Assembly: GCA_025558095.1 (NCBI GenBank)
Contig: JAIVFI010000002.1
Coordinates: forward strand, 620,001-684,000
From: Hyaloraphidium curvatum SAG 235-1
Lineage: Eukaryota > Fungi > Monoblepharomycota
DNA length: 64,000 nucleotides
Direction: 5' to 3'
The position numbers and the translations under genes were made by a program. Shown here one piece after another: positions 34,588-45,940 of this stretch (position 1 is the first letter of the stretch; each line of letters starts with the position of its first letter). A model generated the notes under the pieces. The model was not told the DNA's origin. It did not search any database and was given only the letters and a program-made list of their open reading frames with translations.

Positions 34588-37500
34588 AACGCCAGCTCGG
34601 ATTCCGGGGCACCTCCGACGCTGGCGATGCCAATACAAGTCTTCAGTTTTCCCGTGCCCCTTGCTTGGCGGCGTCTTCCGGGCGGCCGCCATTTCCTCTG
34701 CTCCGGTCCGACCCGGTTCCTTCCTTCGTCATTCCCGTGCGCATCGTGCTTCCGGACGGCCGGCTTCGGATCGTGGACGCACTCGTGGACTCCGGCGCCG
34801 ACGCCTGCTTCATGGACGAGGCTTTCGCGCGCTGCGTTGGATACTCGTGCTTGCAGCGCTCCACGCCTTTCGGGCTCGACGTGGTGGACGGGCGGCCTAT
34901 TTCGTCGGGTGACGTCACCCAGGAGACGGAGCCCGTCGCACTGACAGCCGATGGCATTACCGTCGGAGTCAGCTTCAACATCATCAGCGCGTCGATTCCG
35001 GTCGTTCTCGGCCTCTCGTACCTCGAGTTTGTGAACGCGGCGCTCGATTGGTCCCGTCGATCCCTGCGGATCCCTCGCCCGTTCGCACCGGGAGTTTCCC
35101 CGTCGTTGAGCGCGCCTAAGGCTCCGGCGGCGGATCAGGAACCGCCAAAGACAAGCCCGGCTGAAGGCGCCAGCCGGGCGGCCCCGGTGGACGTATCCGT
35201 CCCTGCCGGTGGATGTCTCCCAGCTGCTGACCCCGCCTCCAGCCAGGCCAGCGACCGGACTATCCTCGAGGACATCACGGAGTCCGAATACCCACACACG
35301 GCTTCTTTTTCGGCTTCCATGGGATCGGGCGACGCAGGCAGGCCTCCGAAGGCCGTCCCCTTGGGCCGCGGGGTCGACGAACAACCGCCGAGGCCAACCC
35401 CGGCCGATGGGACCGGTCGGGGCGCGCCGCCGGAAGTACCTGCGCCTCCGCCGCCTAAGGTGAAGATCGCTAATCTCTCGGCGCGCCAGTTTGTCGCCGA
35501 GATGCGTCGCGAGCGCAAGGACACACAGATCTTCGTCGCCATGGTCTCCGACCCCGCCGCGCGCGCTGCAAGCGCGGCCGCCGCCGAGCCCACGATCCCA
35601 TCGCAGTACGCCGACTTCGCGGACGTCTTCGACCCGGACAAGCCTGCATCGTCACTGCCGCCGCATCGTCCCGGTTTCGATTGCGCAATCGAACTCGAAG
35701 AAGGGGCAGTTCCACCTTCCGGACGGCTACACGGTCTTTCTGAAGTCGAATCCGAAGCCCTGCGCAAGCATATCGAAGAGCTCTCGGCGTCTGGACGTCT
35801 TCGTCCTTCGGATTCCCCTAATGGCGTGCCGGTCATATTCGCGAAGAAAAATTTCGGAGGCCTTCGAGTCTGCGAGGACTACCGAGGACTCAACCGAATC
35901 ACCAAGCGCGACCGCTACCCGATCCCGCTCATTTCCGACCTTCTGGACCGCCTCTCCCGTGCAAAGATCTTCACCAAGCTGGATCTCCGCGAAGCCTACC
36001 GTCAGATTTGCGTCCGCGAAGGAGACGAGTGGAAGACGGCTTTCCGCACTCGCTACGGCCAGTTCGAGTACATCGTCATGCCCATGGGCCTCATGAATGC
36101 GCCGGCCATCTTCCAGCGCTTCATGCACAGCATCTTCCATGACGTACTCGACATCTTTGTCGCGATCTACCTCGACGACATCCTGATCTTCTCAGAGAAC
36201 GAAGCCGATCACGCGGGGCATGTGCGCCAGGTTCTGCAGCGCCTCCGGGACAACCACCTGTACGCGAAGCTCTCCAAGTGTTCGTTCGATGTTACGACCG
36301 TCGAGTACGCCGGGTTCATCGTGGGCGACGGCAAGGTCATCATGGACCCCTCCAAGGTCGAGTCCATCAGCTCATGGCCCGAGCCTGCGACCCTTCGCCA
36401 GCTCCAAAGCTTCCTCGGCTTTGCCAACTTCTACCACTGCTTCATCAAGGACTACACGCAGATCACACTTCCGCTCACGGACCTCACTAAGCTCAAGCCG
36501 GGCGATCCGTTCCGTTTCACGCCGGAAGCTCGCGCAGCCTTCGATGCGCTCAAATCCGCTTTCACTTTGGCTCCGTTCCTGCGTAACGCCGATCCAGCCG
36601 TTCCGTACACAGTTGAGGCAGATGCTTCCGACTTCGCCCTCGGAGCCGTGCTGTCGCAGCCCGCCCCGGACGACGGGCTTATGCATCCCGTGGTGTTTCA
36701 TTCCCGGAAGTTCCAGCCGGCGGAGATCAACTACCCGATCTACGACAAGGAGCTACTCGCAGTTGTCGACGCGTTCAAGGCGTGGCGGCGATACCTCGAG
36801 GGTAGCCCGCATAAAGTCGACGTCTTCACGGATCACAAGAACCTGGAGTACTTCATGAAGCAGCAGATGCTCAATCGCCGTCAGGCTCGATGGGCCATGA
36901 CCCTCGCGGGCTACGACTTTGTTTTGAAGCACCGACCCGGCACCGATCAAGTCGTCGCCGACGCGCTTTCTCGCCGCTCCGACTACGTTCCGGGCAACTT
37001 CGACGATGTCTCTACGCAACAGCGCGTCACGCTCCTCGGCCCGCACCTGGTCGCCGCGCTCCACGCGACTTCGTTGGATTTCCTGGACATGATCCGTCGT
37101 GATACGGCCAAGGACCCATTCGCCCGTCGCATTATCGCTCTTTTGGAGGCTCACGACGCGTCCGTTTCTCGTTTCCATCTTCTCGATGGCGTTCTCTACC
37201 GCGACGGTCTCATCTTCGTGCCGGCCGGCAAGTCTCGGACGGAGCTTCTCCGAACCCGCCACGATGCCGTTACTGCCGGCCACTTCGGAATCCGTAAGAC
37301 TGTGGAGCTCATATTGCGAGATTTTTGGTGGCCGCGTGTTTGGGACACCGTCGCCCGCTACATTCGGAGCTGCGAGACGTGCACGCGAACCAAGGCCCCG
37401 CGCCATGCCCCGCACGGCCTTCTCCAGCCACTTCCAATTCCGCACGGACCTTGGCATTCGATCAGTATGGACTTCGTCACGGACCTGCCCCAGTCCGAGG

Positions 37501-38549
37501 GATTCGACGCCGTGCTCGTTGTGGCCGATCGGTCGACCAAGCAGGCTCATTTCGCTGGCGCGCGGATTTTCTTCTCCGCCGACGACACCGCTCGGCTCTT
37601 CCTTCGCGAAATATTCCGCCTCCACGGCTTCCCCTTCGACATCGTCAGCGACCGCGGACCGCAGTTCATCGCCAAATTCTGGGAAAGGTTTCTCGGACTC
37701 ATGGACATCAAGCTTTACCGCTCGTCGGCCGCGCACCCGGAGTCGGACGGCCAGACGGAGCGCATCAATCAGATTTTGGAGCAGTACCTCCGGACCTACG
37801 TCAATTACGCCCAGGACGACTGGTTCAATCAGCTCCCGCTCGGCGAGTTCGCGTACAACAACTCGGTGCATGCCAGCATTGGCATGTCGCCTTTCCGCGC
37901 CAACTACGGTTACGACCCGCGAGCCGACTTTTTAGCCCCCGACGCGCCGCGGGTTCCCGCCGCCAAGGAACGCATCCGGGAGCTTCGCGCCCTCCACGAC
38001 GTCCTTCGCGAGAACCTCCAGCGGGCCCAGGAACGCTACAAAGACTCCGCAGACGTCAGTCATGAGGATGCTCCCGTTTTCCGCGTCGGCGACCGTGCTT
38101 GGCTATCGGCGCGCAATATTCGTACGCGTCGACCGTCTCGCAAGCTCGACGTTCGCTACCTCGGGCCCTACCGCATTAAGGAGCAGATCGATCCCGTTGC
38201 GTTTCGATTGGATCTTCCGCCCACGATGGGCATTCATGACGTTTTTCACGTTTCGCTTCTCGAACCCTATACTCCCTCGGACACCGCCGCTTTTCCCGGC
38301 CGCGTCGCAGAGACTCCACCCCCGGACATCATTGACGGCGAACCCGAGTACGAGGTTAACCAGATCCTGGATTCCCGCCGATTCCGCAATCACTTGCAGT
38401 ACTTGGTGGACTGGAAGGACTTTCCTCCATCGGAGCGCTCATGGGAGCCGTGGGAGCACCTCCAGCACGCCCCCGACGCCGTTGCCGACTTTCACCGCTG
38501 CTTTCCGGACAAGCCGGGTCCTACGCGGCGGTTGGGGGGGGTGATGTAA
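34584..38549 (+). CDS. pol: Pol (protease, RT, RNase H, integrase, chromodomain), -1 frame relative to gag
   Basis: LVDSGA; YLDDILIFS; ADASDFALG; HDAVTAGH...CETC; MDFVTDLP, SDRGPQF, GQTER; YEVNQILDSR...YLVDW; stop codon lies inside the 3' LTR. Confidence 0.95.
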   Translation: MKRQLGFRGTSDAGDANTSLQFSRAPCLAASSGRPPFPLLRSDPVPSFVIPVRIVLPDGRLRIVDALVDSGADACFMDEAFARCVGYSCLQRSTPFGLDVVDGRPISSGDVTQETEPVALTADGITVGVSFNIISASIPVVLGLSYLEFVNAALDWSRRSLRIPRPFAPGVSPSLSAPKAPAADQEPPKTSPAEGASRAAPVDVSVPAGGCLPAADPASSQASDRTILEDITESEYPHTASFSASMGSGDAGRPPKAVPLGRGVDEQPPRPTPADGTGRGAPPEVPAPPPPKVKIANLSARQFVAEMRRERKDTQIFVAMVSDPAARAASAAAAEPTIPSQYADFADVFDPDKPASSLPPHRPGFDCAIELEEGAVPPSGRLHGLSEVESEALRKHIEELSASGRLRPSDSPNGVPVIFAKKNFGGLRVCEDYRGLNRITKRDRYPIPLISDLLDRLSRAKIFTKLDLREAYRQICVREGDEWKTAFRTRYGQFEYIVMPMGLMNAPAIFQRFMHSIFHDVLDIFVAIYLDDILIFSENEADHAGHVRQVLQRLRDNHLYAKLSKCSFDVTTVEYAGFIVGDGKVIMDPSKVESISSWPEPATLRQLQSFLGFANFYHCFIKDYTQITLPLTDLTKLKPGDPFRFTPEARAAFDALKSAFTLAPFLRNADPAVPYTVEADASDFALGAVLSQPAPDDGLMHPVVFHSRKFQPAEINYPIYDKELLAVVDAFKAWRRYLEGSPHKVDVFTDHKNLEYFMKQQMLNRRQARWAMTLAGYDFVLKHRPGTDQVVADALSRRSDYVPGNFDDVSTQQRVTLLGPHLVAALHATSLDFLDMIRRDTAKDPFARRIIALLEAHDASVSRFHLLDGVLYRDGLIFVPAGKSRTELLRTRHDAVTAGHFGIRKTVELILRDFWWPRVWDTVARYIRSCETCTRTKAPRHAPHGLLQPLPIPHGPWHSISMDFVTDLPQSEGFDAVLVVADRSTKQAHFAGARIFFSADDTARLFLREIFRLHGFPFDIVSDRGPQFIAKFWERFLGLMDIKLYRSSAAHPESDGQTERINQILEQYLRTYVNYAQDDWFNQLPLGEFAYNNSVHASIGMSPFRANYGYDPRADFLAPDAPRVPAAKERIRELRALHDVLRENLQRAQERYKDSADVSHEDAPVFRVGDRAWLSARNIRTRRPSRKLDVRYLGPYRIKEQIDPVAFRLDLPPTMGIHDVFHVSLLEPYTPSDTAAFPGRVAETPPPDIIDGEPEYEVNQILDSRRFRNHLQYLVDWKDFPPSERSWEPWEHLQHAPDAVADFHRCFPDKPGPTRRLGGVM

Positions 38550-38675
38550 CGCGCCGGCGTCGGGGCAAGGGGGACGGTGGTCCCCGGCGAGGGAAGACTT
38601 GGCGCAGTGCTGTGTAGTGACTCCTCAACGTCGTCAACACAGGTCTTTACGGGTCCCCCGCGCCCCGTCCTGACA

Positions 38676-38906
38676 GAGAAGGGGAGCCCGCTGGGGCTGC
38701 CCGTCGGGCGCGTCATGGCCCCGGAAGGCGGCTGAGACCCAGAGGAGTCAAAGCTGCCGACAGGGCTCGACAGGTGTCGATACTAGGTGGCAAGCCGGGC
38801 GGCGGCCCCGAGGGTGGCGAAGAACGCCGAGTTGAACCCCGGGACTTGGTGCAGGTCAGCCGCCCAGAAGATGGTCTCCGTGGGCAGCTGCATTCGCGGC
38901 TTCACC
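38676..38906 (+). mobile_element. Continuation of the family B Gypsy 3' region after the C1 insertion
   Basis: Shares TSD GAGAA; the antisense frame joins across the insertion (MTRPTGSPSGLPFS|LDLALGS). Confidence 0.75.
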
Positions 38907-41900
38907 TGTAACGCGCCGGCGTCGGGGCACGGGGGACGGTGGTCCCCGGCGAGGGACGACTAGGCGCAGTGCTGTGTAGTGACTCCTCAACGTCGTCAAC
39001 ACAGGTCTACACGGGGCTTCCGCGCCCCGTCGTGACAGTTTGACGACATTCCCACCCTTGTTTCCGTGTTTCCGGGTCTCCGCCTCCCCCTCCTGCCGTC
39101 GCGAGCCATGTCCGACATGGCGTCCGACATCCCCCGTGACTCAGCCGAAGCCCCTGTTGCCACGACTCCTCTGGAAACCCTAGTTGCCCGCAAAAAGCTG
39201 CTTTTCCTGGATGCTTTGCCTGCCGACGAACGCGACGCATTCGTACGGTTCCTCGAAGCGTTCGGCGCGGAGGACCAAGCAAGCTTTATGGCGCTGCCCA
39301 TTGCTCACCAAGTCGCCATCTTTCGCGCCTCTCGCGTCGCCCAGTTTGGAGAACAGTCTTCCGCGCAAGTTCCGGTGCCGGTGGCTAGCCCGTCTCTCGA
39401 TCCGGCGCAGCTATCGGCGTCAATCACGGAAGGGATCGTCGGTTCGTTCGCGCGCATCGGCCTCGGCTCCCACCCTGCTGGACAGACTTCTGTTGCTCCG
39501 CGCGGCTCAAACGTGCCTTTTCCGGCGAAGTTCAACGGCTTGGATCGCGACAAGTCTCGCCACTTCATCCTCCAGGTCGACAACGCGTTCAAGCTCAAGC
39601 CCGAGTACGCGACCGATGAACAGAAGATCGCCTACTTCAGCCTGCTGCTCGAGGGTCAGGCTATGAAATGGTTCTTCGCGCAGTCCAGCAACCCTGCGTT
39701 CGCGTTCACGTCCTGTGATCAGCTCCGTCAGAGGTTCCTGGACACGTACGAGCTTCCGCACCGGCACACCAAGGCAGTCGCGGCGATGCACGCCTTGCAT
39801 CAAAAACCTCGGGAGCTACACCGCTACGTCACAGATTTCGAAGCTCTCATGCCAGATGTCGAAGGCTACAGCGACGCTGTGTTTCGCGATACCTTCCTCT
39901 TCGGGCTCACGCCGGCGATCAAGGATCAGATGCTCAGCCTCGACGCTCCGCACACCTACGACGAAGCCAAGAAAACGGCATTTGCCGCGGAAGGCCGCCT
40001 TGGGGAACGCGAGGCTGACCGTCAGCGCTCGCTTACTCGGCCCGGAATCGGTTCCTTCCCGCAGCTTCCACTCTTTGCCATCACCGGTAGCCCCTCGACC
40101 GCGCCGCCATCGACTGCTGCGGACGGCCCTGCGCCCATGGTTCTCGGTGCGGCGTCGGCCTCGGGGGGTCCCGCTGCGGTCTCGCAGTCACGTCCTCGTG
40201 TTCCGCTGACGCCCGAGGAGGGGGACCGCCGCTACAAGCACGGCCTCTGCATCTACTGCGGTGAGCAAGGGCACATCAAGTCGGCCTGCCCCAAGAAGGC
40301 GGCTTTTTGAGGCGCCAGCGCGGTTCCACGGGCACCCCCGACGCTGGCGGCGACACGAATACAACTCTTCGTCTTTCAAGTGCCCAACTGGCCGCGTCCT
40401 CCGGACGGCCATCTTTTCCGGTGCTTCGGTCCGATCCAGTGCCTTCTTTCGTCATTTCCGTGCGCGTGGTTTCACCCGATGGACGGCTGCGCACCGTCGA
40501 CGCCCTCGTGGACTCTGGCGCGGACGCCTGCTTCATGGATCAGGGATTTGCACGCTCGATCGGCTTTTCGATGAAGCTGCGCCCTACGCCGTTTGGTCTT
40601 GATGTTGTTGACGGGCGGCCGATCGCATCTGGCGACGTCACCCACGAAACCGATCCGGTCGCGCTGACGGCTGATGGCACCACGATCGGCATCAGCTTCA
40701 ACGTCATCAGTGCTTCAGTTCCGATCGTTTTGGGGCTTTCGTACCTTGCGTTCGTGAATGCCGCGCTCGATTGGACCAGCCGATCTCTCCGGATTCCGCG
40801 TCCCTTCGCGCCGCGCGTGTCCCCGCCGTCGAGCGCGCCTCAGGCTCCGGTGGAGGATCAAGAACCGCTGCAGACAAGCCCGGCTGAAGGCGCCAGCCGG
40901 GCGGATCCGGTGAACGCGGCGGACCGAACCATCCTCGAGGACGTCACGGCATCAGAGTACCCGCACACTGCCTCCTTCGGGGTATTCAAGGAACCTGGCG
41001 ACGCAGGCAGGCCTCCGCCGGCCGTCCCCTTGGACCGCGGGGTCAACGAACAACCGCCAAGGCCAAGCCCGGCCGATGGGACCGGTCGGGGTGCGCCGCC
41101 GGAAGTACCTGCGCCTCCGCCGCCTAAGGTGAAGATCGCTAATCTCTCGGCGCGCCAGTTCGTCAACGAGATGCGCCGCAAGCGCAAGAACGCCCAGATC
41201 TTCGTCGCCATGGTCTCCGACCCCGCCGCGCGCGCCGCTGCTGCGTCCGCCACCGAGCCTGGTATCCCCTTGAAGTATGCGGACTTCGCCGACGTCTTCG
41301 ACCCCGACAAACCGGCATCGACGCTGCCGCCGCACCGTCCTGGTTTGGATTGCGCGATCGAGCTCGAAGAGGGGGCAGTCCCTCCTTCTGGACGTCTCCA
41401 CGGCCTCTCCGAAGTCGAATCCGAGGCACTCCGGAAGCACATCGAAGAGCTTTCCGCATCGGGGCGTCTCCGCCCTTCGGATTCTCCGAGCGGGGTTCCA
41501 GTCATCTTTGCAAAGAAGAAGGACGGCGGGCTTCGAGTCTGCGAGGATTACCGCGGTCTCAACCGGATCACGAAACGGGACCGCTACCCGATCCCGCTCA
41601 TTTCCGACCTTCTGGACCGCCTCTCCCGTGCAAAGATCTTCACCAAGCTGGATCTCCGCGAAGCCTACCGTCAGATTCGCGTCCGCGAAGGAGACGAGTG
41701 GAAGACGGCGTCTTAGGGTTAGGTTAGTCGGCGACCGTGCTTGGCTATCGGCGCGCAATATTCGTACGCGTCGACCGTCTCGCAAGCTCGACGTTCGCTA
41801 CCTCGGGCCCTACCGCATTAAGGAGCAGATCGATCCCGTTGCGTTTCGATTGGATCTTCCGCCCACGATGGGCATTCATGACGTTTTTCACGTTTCGCTT

Positions 41901-42317
41901 CTCGAACCCTATACTCCCTCGGACACCGCCGCTTTTCCCGGCCGCGTCGCAGAGACTCCACCCCCGGACATCATTGACGGCGAACCCGAGTACGAGGTTA
42001 ACCAGATCCTGGATTCCCGCCGATTCCGCAATCACTTGCAGTACTTGGTGGACTGGAAGGACTTTCCTCCATCGGAGCGCTCATGGGAGCCGTGGGAGCA
42101 CCTCCAGCACGCCCCCGACGCCGTTGCCGACTTTCACCGCTGCTTTCCGGACAAGCCGGGTCCTACGCGGCGGTTGGGGGGGGTGATGTAACGCGCCGGC
42201 GTCGGGGCAAGGGGGACGGTGGTCCCCGGCGAGGGAAGACTTGGCGCAGTGCTGTGTAGTGACTCCTCAACGTCGTCAACACAGGTCTACACGGGGCTTC
42301 CGCGCCCCGTCGTGACA
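38907..42317 (+). mobile_element. Chimeric, internally deleted Tf1-like element (C2)
   Basis: LTRs 38907-39037 and 42187-42317; gag 39108-40310 (CIYCGEQGHIKSAC); pol breaks at ~41712 and resumes at the integrase C-terminus; flanks TCACC vs GCATC do not form a TSD. Confidence 0.9.
41713..41727 (+). repeat. Interstitial telomere-like filler TTAGGGTTAGGTTAG at a deletion junction
   Basis: Absent from C1; replaces ~2.04 kb equivalent to C1 ~36041-38084. Confidence 0.8.
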
Positions 42318-43733
42318 GCATCTACCGGCCTTGAGAGCCGATGAGGAAGCCGGGGAGGTATGAGAGCAAAAGGGCGATGCTTGCCCAGCGCATCAATCTC
42401 GCGGAAAGAGCCGGGCGGACGTTTAGAGTAGCGCTCATTGAAGATCACTGATCGCGCATGGACGATCTTGCCTGTGGTTAGATCCAGCAAGGTGTACGCC
42501 TTCAGGTGCTTCGGGAAACCGAGGAAGATTGCACGGTGTGCACGGTCGTCCAGAGCCTTGTGCTGGCTGGGGAGGATGCCATACCAGCACTCCGACCCGA
42601 ACGTGCGGAGACGTGACAGGTCGGGTTTAGTCCCTGTCCACAGCTCATGCGGCGTGGTAACGGTTCCGTTTGCGCCCCGTTGCATCGTCTTCACCGTTGG
42701 GAGCATGTTGCGGACCTCAGTCTTGTATGCGAGGGCGTAGTTCCAGAAACGCTTCTCGACATCAGCCTGGATGCAGAGCGCAAGTACCCCTTCGACCCCC
42801 CCCCCCCCACATGATGAGCTGCTGAAGGAGAGGTGCCGCTTCGTCCTTGGTCTTCAGGGGGATCGACCAAAGCTTCTGCGACCACTGGTCCTTGATGTCC
42901 ATCCAGTAGCGGTTGCCGTGCACGGAAGTGATATCGACCGGGCCCTTGAGGTCAACGTGCCAGAGATCCATAACATCCTTGACGTGCTCACGCATCGAGG
43001 GGCGGAACGGCGCGGTCGTCAGCTTCACGCGCAGGCAGACGTCGCACTCGATAACATCCGACTCGGGGCCCAGATCGACGTTCTCAAGGCCAAGCACCGC
43101 GCCCGACCTCTGCGCTATCCGGATGCGCTCAATGTGTGCGTGCGCACACCGGGCATGCCACAGGTGACGGTCGTAGAGACGTGACATGCGTACCCCGCGC
43201 AGTCGGATCAAATCCGCGTCGGTGAGTCCCCACATGGCCTGCGACGTCGACCCCGGTTTGACGACCTCGATCAACATCAGGAAAATGCCGTTCTGCTGGG
43301 GAAGAATGCATAACTCCGTGCCGTCCACAAGGTATAGCAGTTTCTGCATCTGCTTGTCCGTCAGGTAGCGGTTCTTGGATCGAATGCCGGCGGCAGCCAA
43401 TGCCGTTTCCGAGAATAGGCGGCACGGTGTGCTCGGCATGAAGAGAACGTTGTCAAGCCGAACAACGGGTCCGCTCGTGCGAAAACGCACGTACATGGTG
43501 CCAGCCTGTGACACCTCCACGGGCCCCGGAAGTCCATGCACAACGAACTTGGGTATCGAGTAGACTTTGGTCAGGTCGCTTAGGGTATTGGTGGAGTTGC
43601 GACTCGCGCCAGAATCGAAGAAGGAATCGCAGTTGTTCGCTCGGACATCGTTAATGTACGCGCGAGCGTGTTGAGCTTGTACCATGCCGCCGTCAATGTC
43701 CTCCCCCGAAACGGCGTTGGCCGTCACGGTCGG
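42318..43733 (-). pseudogene. Ty1/Copia polyprotein relic (protease, GAG-pre-integrase, integrase, SH3-like); a few more codons at 45945-45972
   Basis: FFDSGAS; LWHARCAH...CDVC; WHVDLKGP; TPHELWTGTKPDLSRLRTFGS; HARSVIFNE; integrase core deleted at a poly-C tract near 42796-42808. Confidence 0.9.
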
Positions 43734-45940
43734 TGTGACGGACCGGGTCAAAGCCGGGCTTAGCGCTTTAACCCGCCACACAAGCGGTTCAATCTCACAG
43801 GTCTCGAAAGGCCCGATGTAGAGTTAGTAGCAGCCAGGGTTTGACTTAGCTTCGATAGAGATTCGCTTGAGTGAGACTTGTCTCCCGAGGGACGTCTCAG
43901 AAGGGTCGGACTTGACGGACTCGGACCTCGGCGAGGGAGGAATTCCGCACGGCGAGGACGAGTGAAAACACTGACGAACTGTAGTGATCGCGCCCACGCA
44001 CACGCACACGCACACCCTTTGGCAGTACATTCGATGGGCCTCTTATACCAGCGTTCGGGATTCGATCGGGATCAGACCGGGATCTTTCCGGGATCTCGCC
44101 GGGATCAGATCTGGATCAGGTCCTCTGCGGGTTACGACAAACGACTATTTCCCCAACAAAGTACGAAAACTATGTAAGAAAGATGGCCCGGACCTCCACA
44201 CTCCCCCACCCAGAGAAGCGCCGCCCAGGCGCGGTCAGTCCATCGCCACTTCCCCGTCATCGTACCCGATGTAGGGCCCGGGCGAGTAGGCGGGCGACGG
44301 GATGTCGGGGACGTCGGGGAAAAGCTCGTTGAAAAGGTCGTTAGGCTGGGGGGAGTTGTAGGGAGGAGTCGGGAAGTTGTACTCGGGAGCCGCGGCGGCC
44401 TGCTCGGCCTGCTCGGCCTGCTCCGCCACCCAGGCGAGGAAGTCGAGCCCAGCGTAGCGGGTCTGGATGGAAGCGAGGTCGCCGCGAATCGTGTTGTACT
44501 CGGCAACCGTGCGCTTGGCGAACTGATGAATATGCTCCATGTTGCAACGCATGACGTCATAGTCATGGCCCGTGATCGCGTCGAGGGCCGTAATGCCGGC
44601 GTCGAGGTCGGTGATCGCGGAGGCGACGTCGTGGTTGCTGGCTTCGATGGCCAGGGCGACCCTGTCGTTGACGAGGTCGATGGTGGTGGTGATCGTGTCG
44701 GGCAGCGTGCGCACGCCGTCGTGGATGAGGTTCACCTTGTAGTTGATGTCGCAGGCGATGTTATCCACGAGGGTGATGTCGGCCAAAATGGAAATGGCCG
44801 TGTCGGTGATCGTCGCTCGGATCGGGGTGATGGCCTCGTTCATCTTGGCGATTGCCGCGGGAAGCGGAGTAACAAGGCCATCGAGCTGGTCGAACCGGTT
44901 GACGAGAAGAACGCGGAGGGCGTCGCGGTGCCGACGGGCGTCCACATCGTACTGATGCACGAGGTGGTAGGTGTTGTTGGAGGAGTGGTACGCGTCAAGA
45001 GTCTTCAGGCGGATGTCCTCGAGGTCTTTCTGCACGCTGATGACGATGTCGGAGAGCGCAGCGTGCTGCTGGCGCTGCGCTTCCAGCACGCCGTCGACAT
45101 GAGCGATGTGGGTGTTGATCTGGGTGCGCATTTGTTTGGTCCAATCGCGCATTTCGACGAGCTGCGGGTTGATGCTGTCGGCGACCTTGGTGGCGGACAG
45201 ACTGGATCCCGAAGGCTGTGCTAGCCGCCGAACCCCACTGCATAATCTCCACCGCGAGCCGGTCATAGTCGCGATGCAAGTCCATGTCACGAGTGCGGCA
45301 ATCCATGTCTGAGCCACGGAACTCAGAGAGCAGGTTCTCGAGCAGGCCCTCGACGCAGCGCAGGTCGGCGGCGCTGGCCGTCACCAAGGGTCCAACGGGA
45401 CTGATCGAGCCGGTCGAGTCCGTGTCGTGGACGGTGAACGAGCTCGTCGACGTAACCGAGTCGTCGGAACGGCTCGACGAGGGCGAGCCGGAGTTGCGGC
45501 GTGCGCGGGTCAGCACCAACGGCGGCGGGGATGCCTGGCGCTTGGCCGCGTGGGCACGGCCGGCCTTGCTGGCCATGGCGAGGGGCTCCATCGTAACGAC
45601 TTTCGATGAGCAGAGGTGTGCTTGGGGCGGAAGAGGGCGAAGCAACTTGGTGGGAGACAGAGCCATGGGACGCGACCCTTTATACCGCCGGATCCTGATC
45701 TGATCCTGATCTGGGATCTAATCCGGATCAGCTTCCGGGATCAGGCGGGATTTTTTCGGGATCAGGATCGGATCTGCCCGGCATCAGGCTGGGACCGGGA
45801 TCTTTCCGGGATCTCGCCGGGATCAGATCGGGATCAGATCAGGATCAGATCGGGATCAGGTCCTCTGCGGGTTACGACAAACGACTAGTTCCCCAACAAA
45901 GTACGAAAAATATGTAAGAAAGATGGCCCGGACCTCCACA
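43734..45940 (-). mobile_element. Gag-pol-less LTR element: U3-like start, accessory ORF, PPT, full 3' LTR; inserted in Copia
   Basis: 4-bp TSD TCGG (43730-43733 / 45941-45944), and the Copia frame rejoins across it (EAAVMP|TVTANAVS). 3' LTR 43734-44200; PPT GGGTGGGGGAG 44201-44211; the 5' end matches the LTR only up to the GATC array. Confidence 0.85.
44235..45591 (-). pseudogene. Coiled-coil accessory protein (homolog of 62208-63473), one frameshift near 45195
   Basis: Joined from ORFs 44995-45666 and 44235-45317; low-complexity N-terminus, heptad-like core with VLEAQRQ, acidic Pro-rich tail; TATAAA at 45679-45684 (minus). Confidence 0.7.

Larger units (their letters stand above)
33201..38675 (+). 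mobile_element. Full-length Tf1/sushi-type chromoviral Gypsy element with very short LTRs (C1)
   Basis: LTRs 33201-33328 and 38545-38675 (TGTAAC...TGACA); 5-bp TSD GAGAA (33196-33200 / 38676-38680); PPT 38534-38544; self-complementary PBS 33331-33341. Confidence 0.96.
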
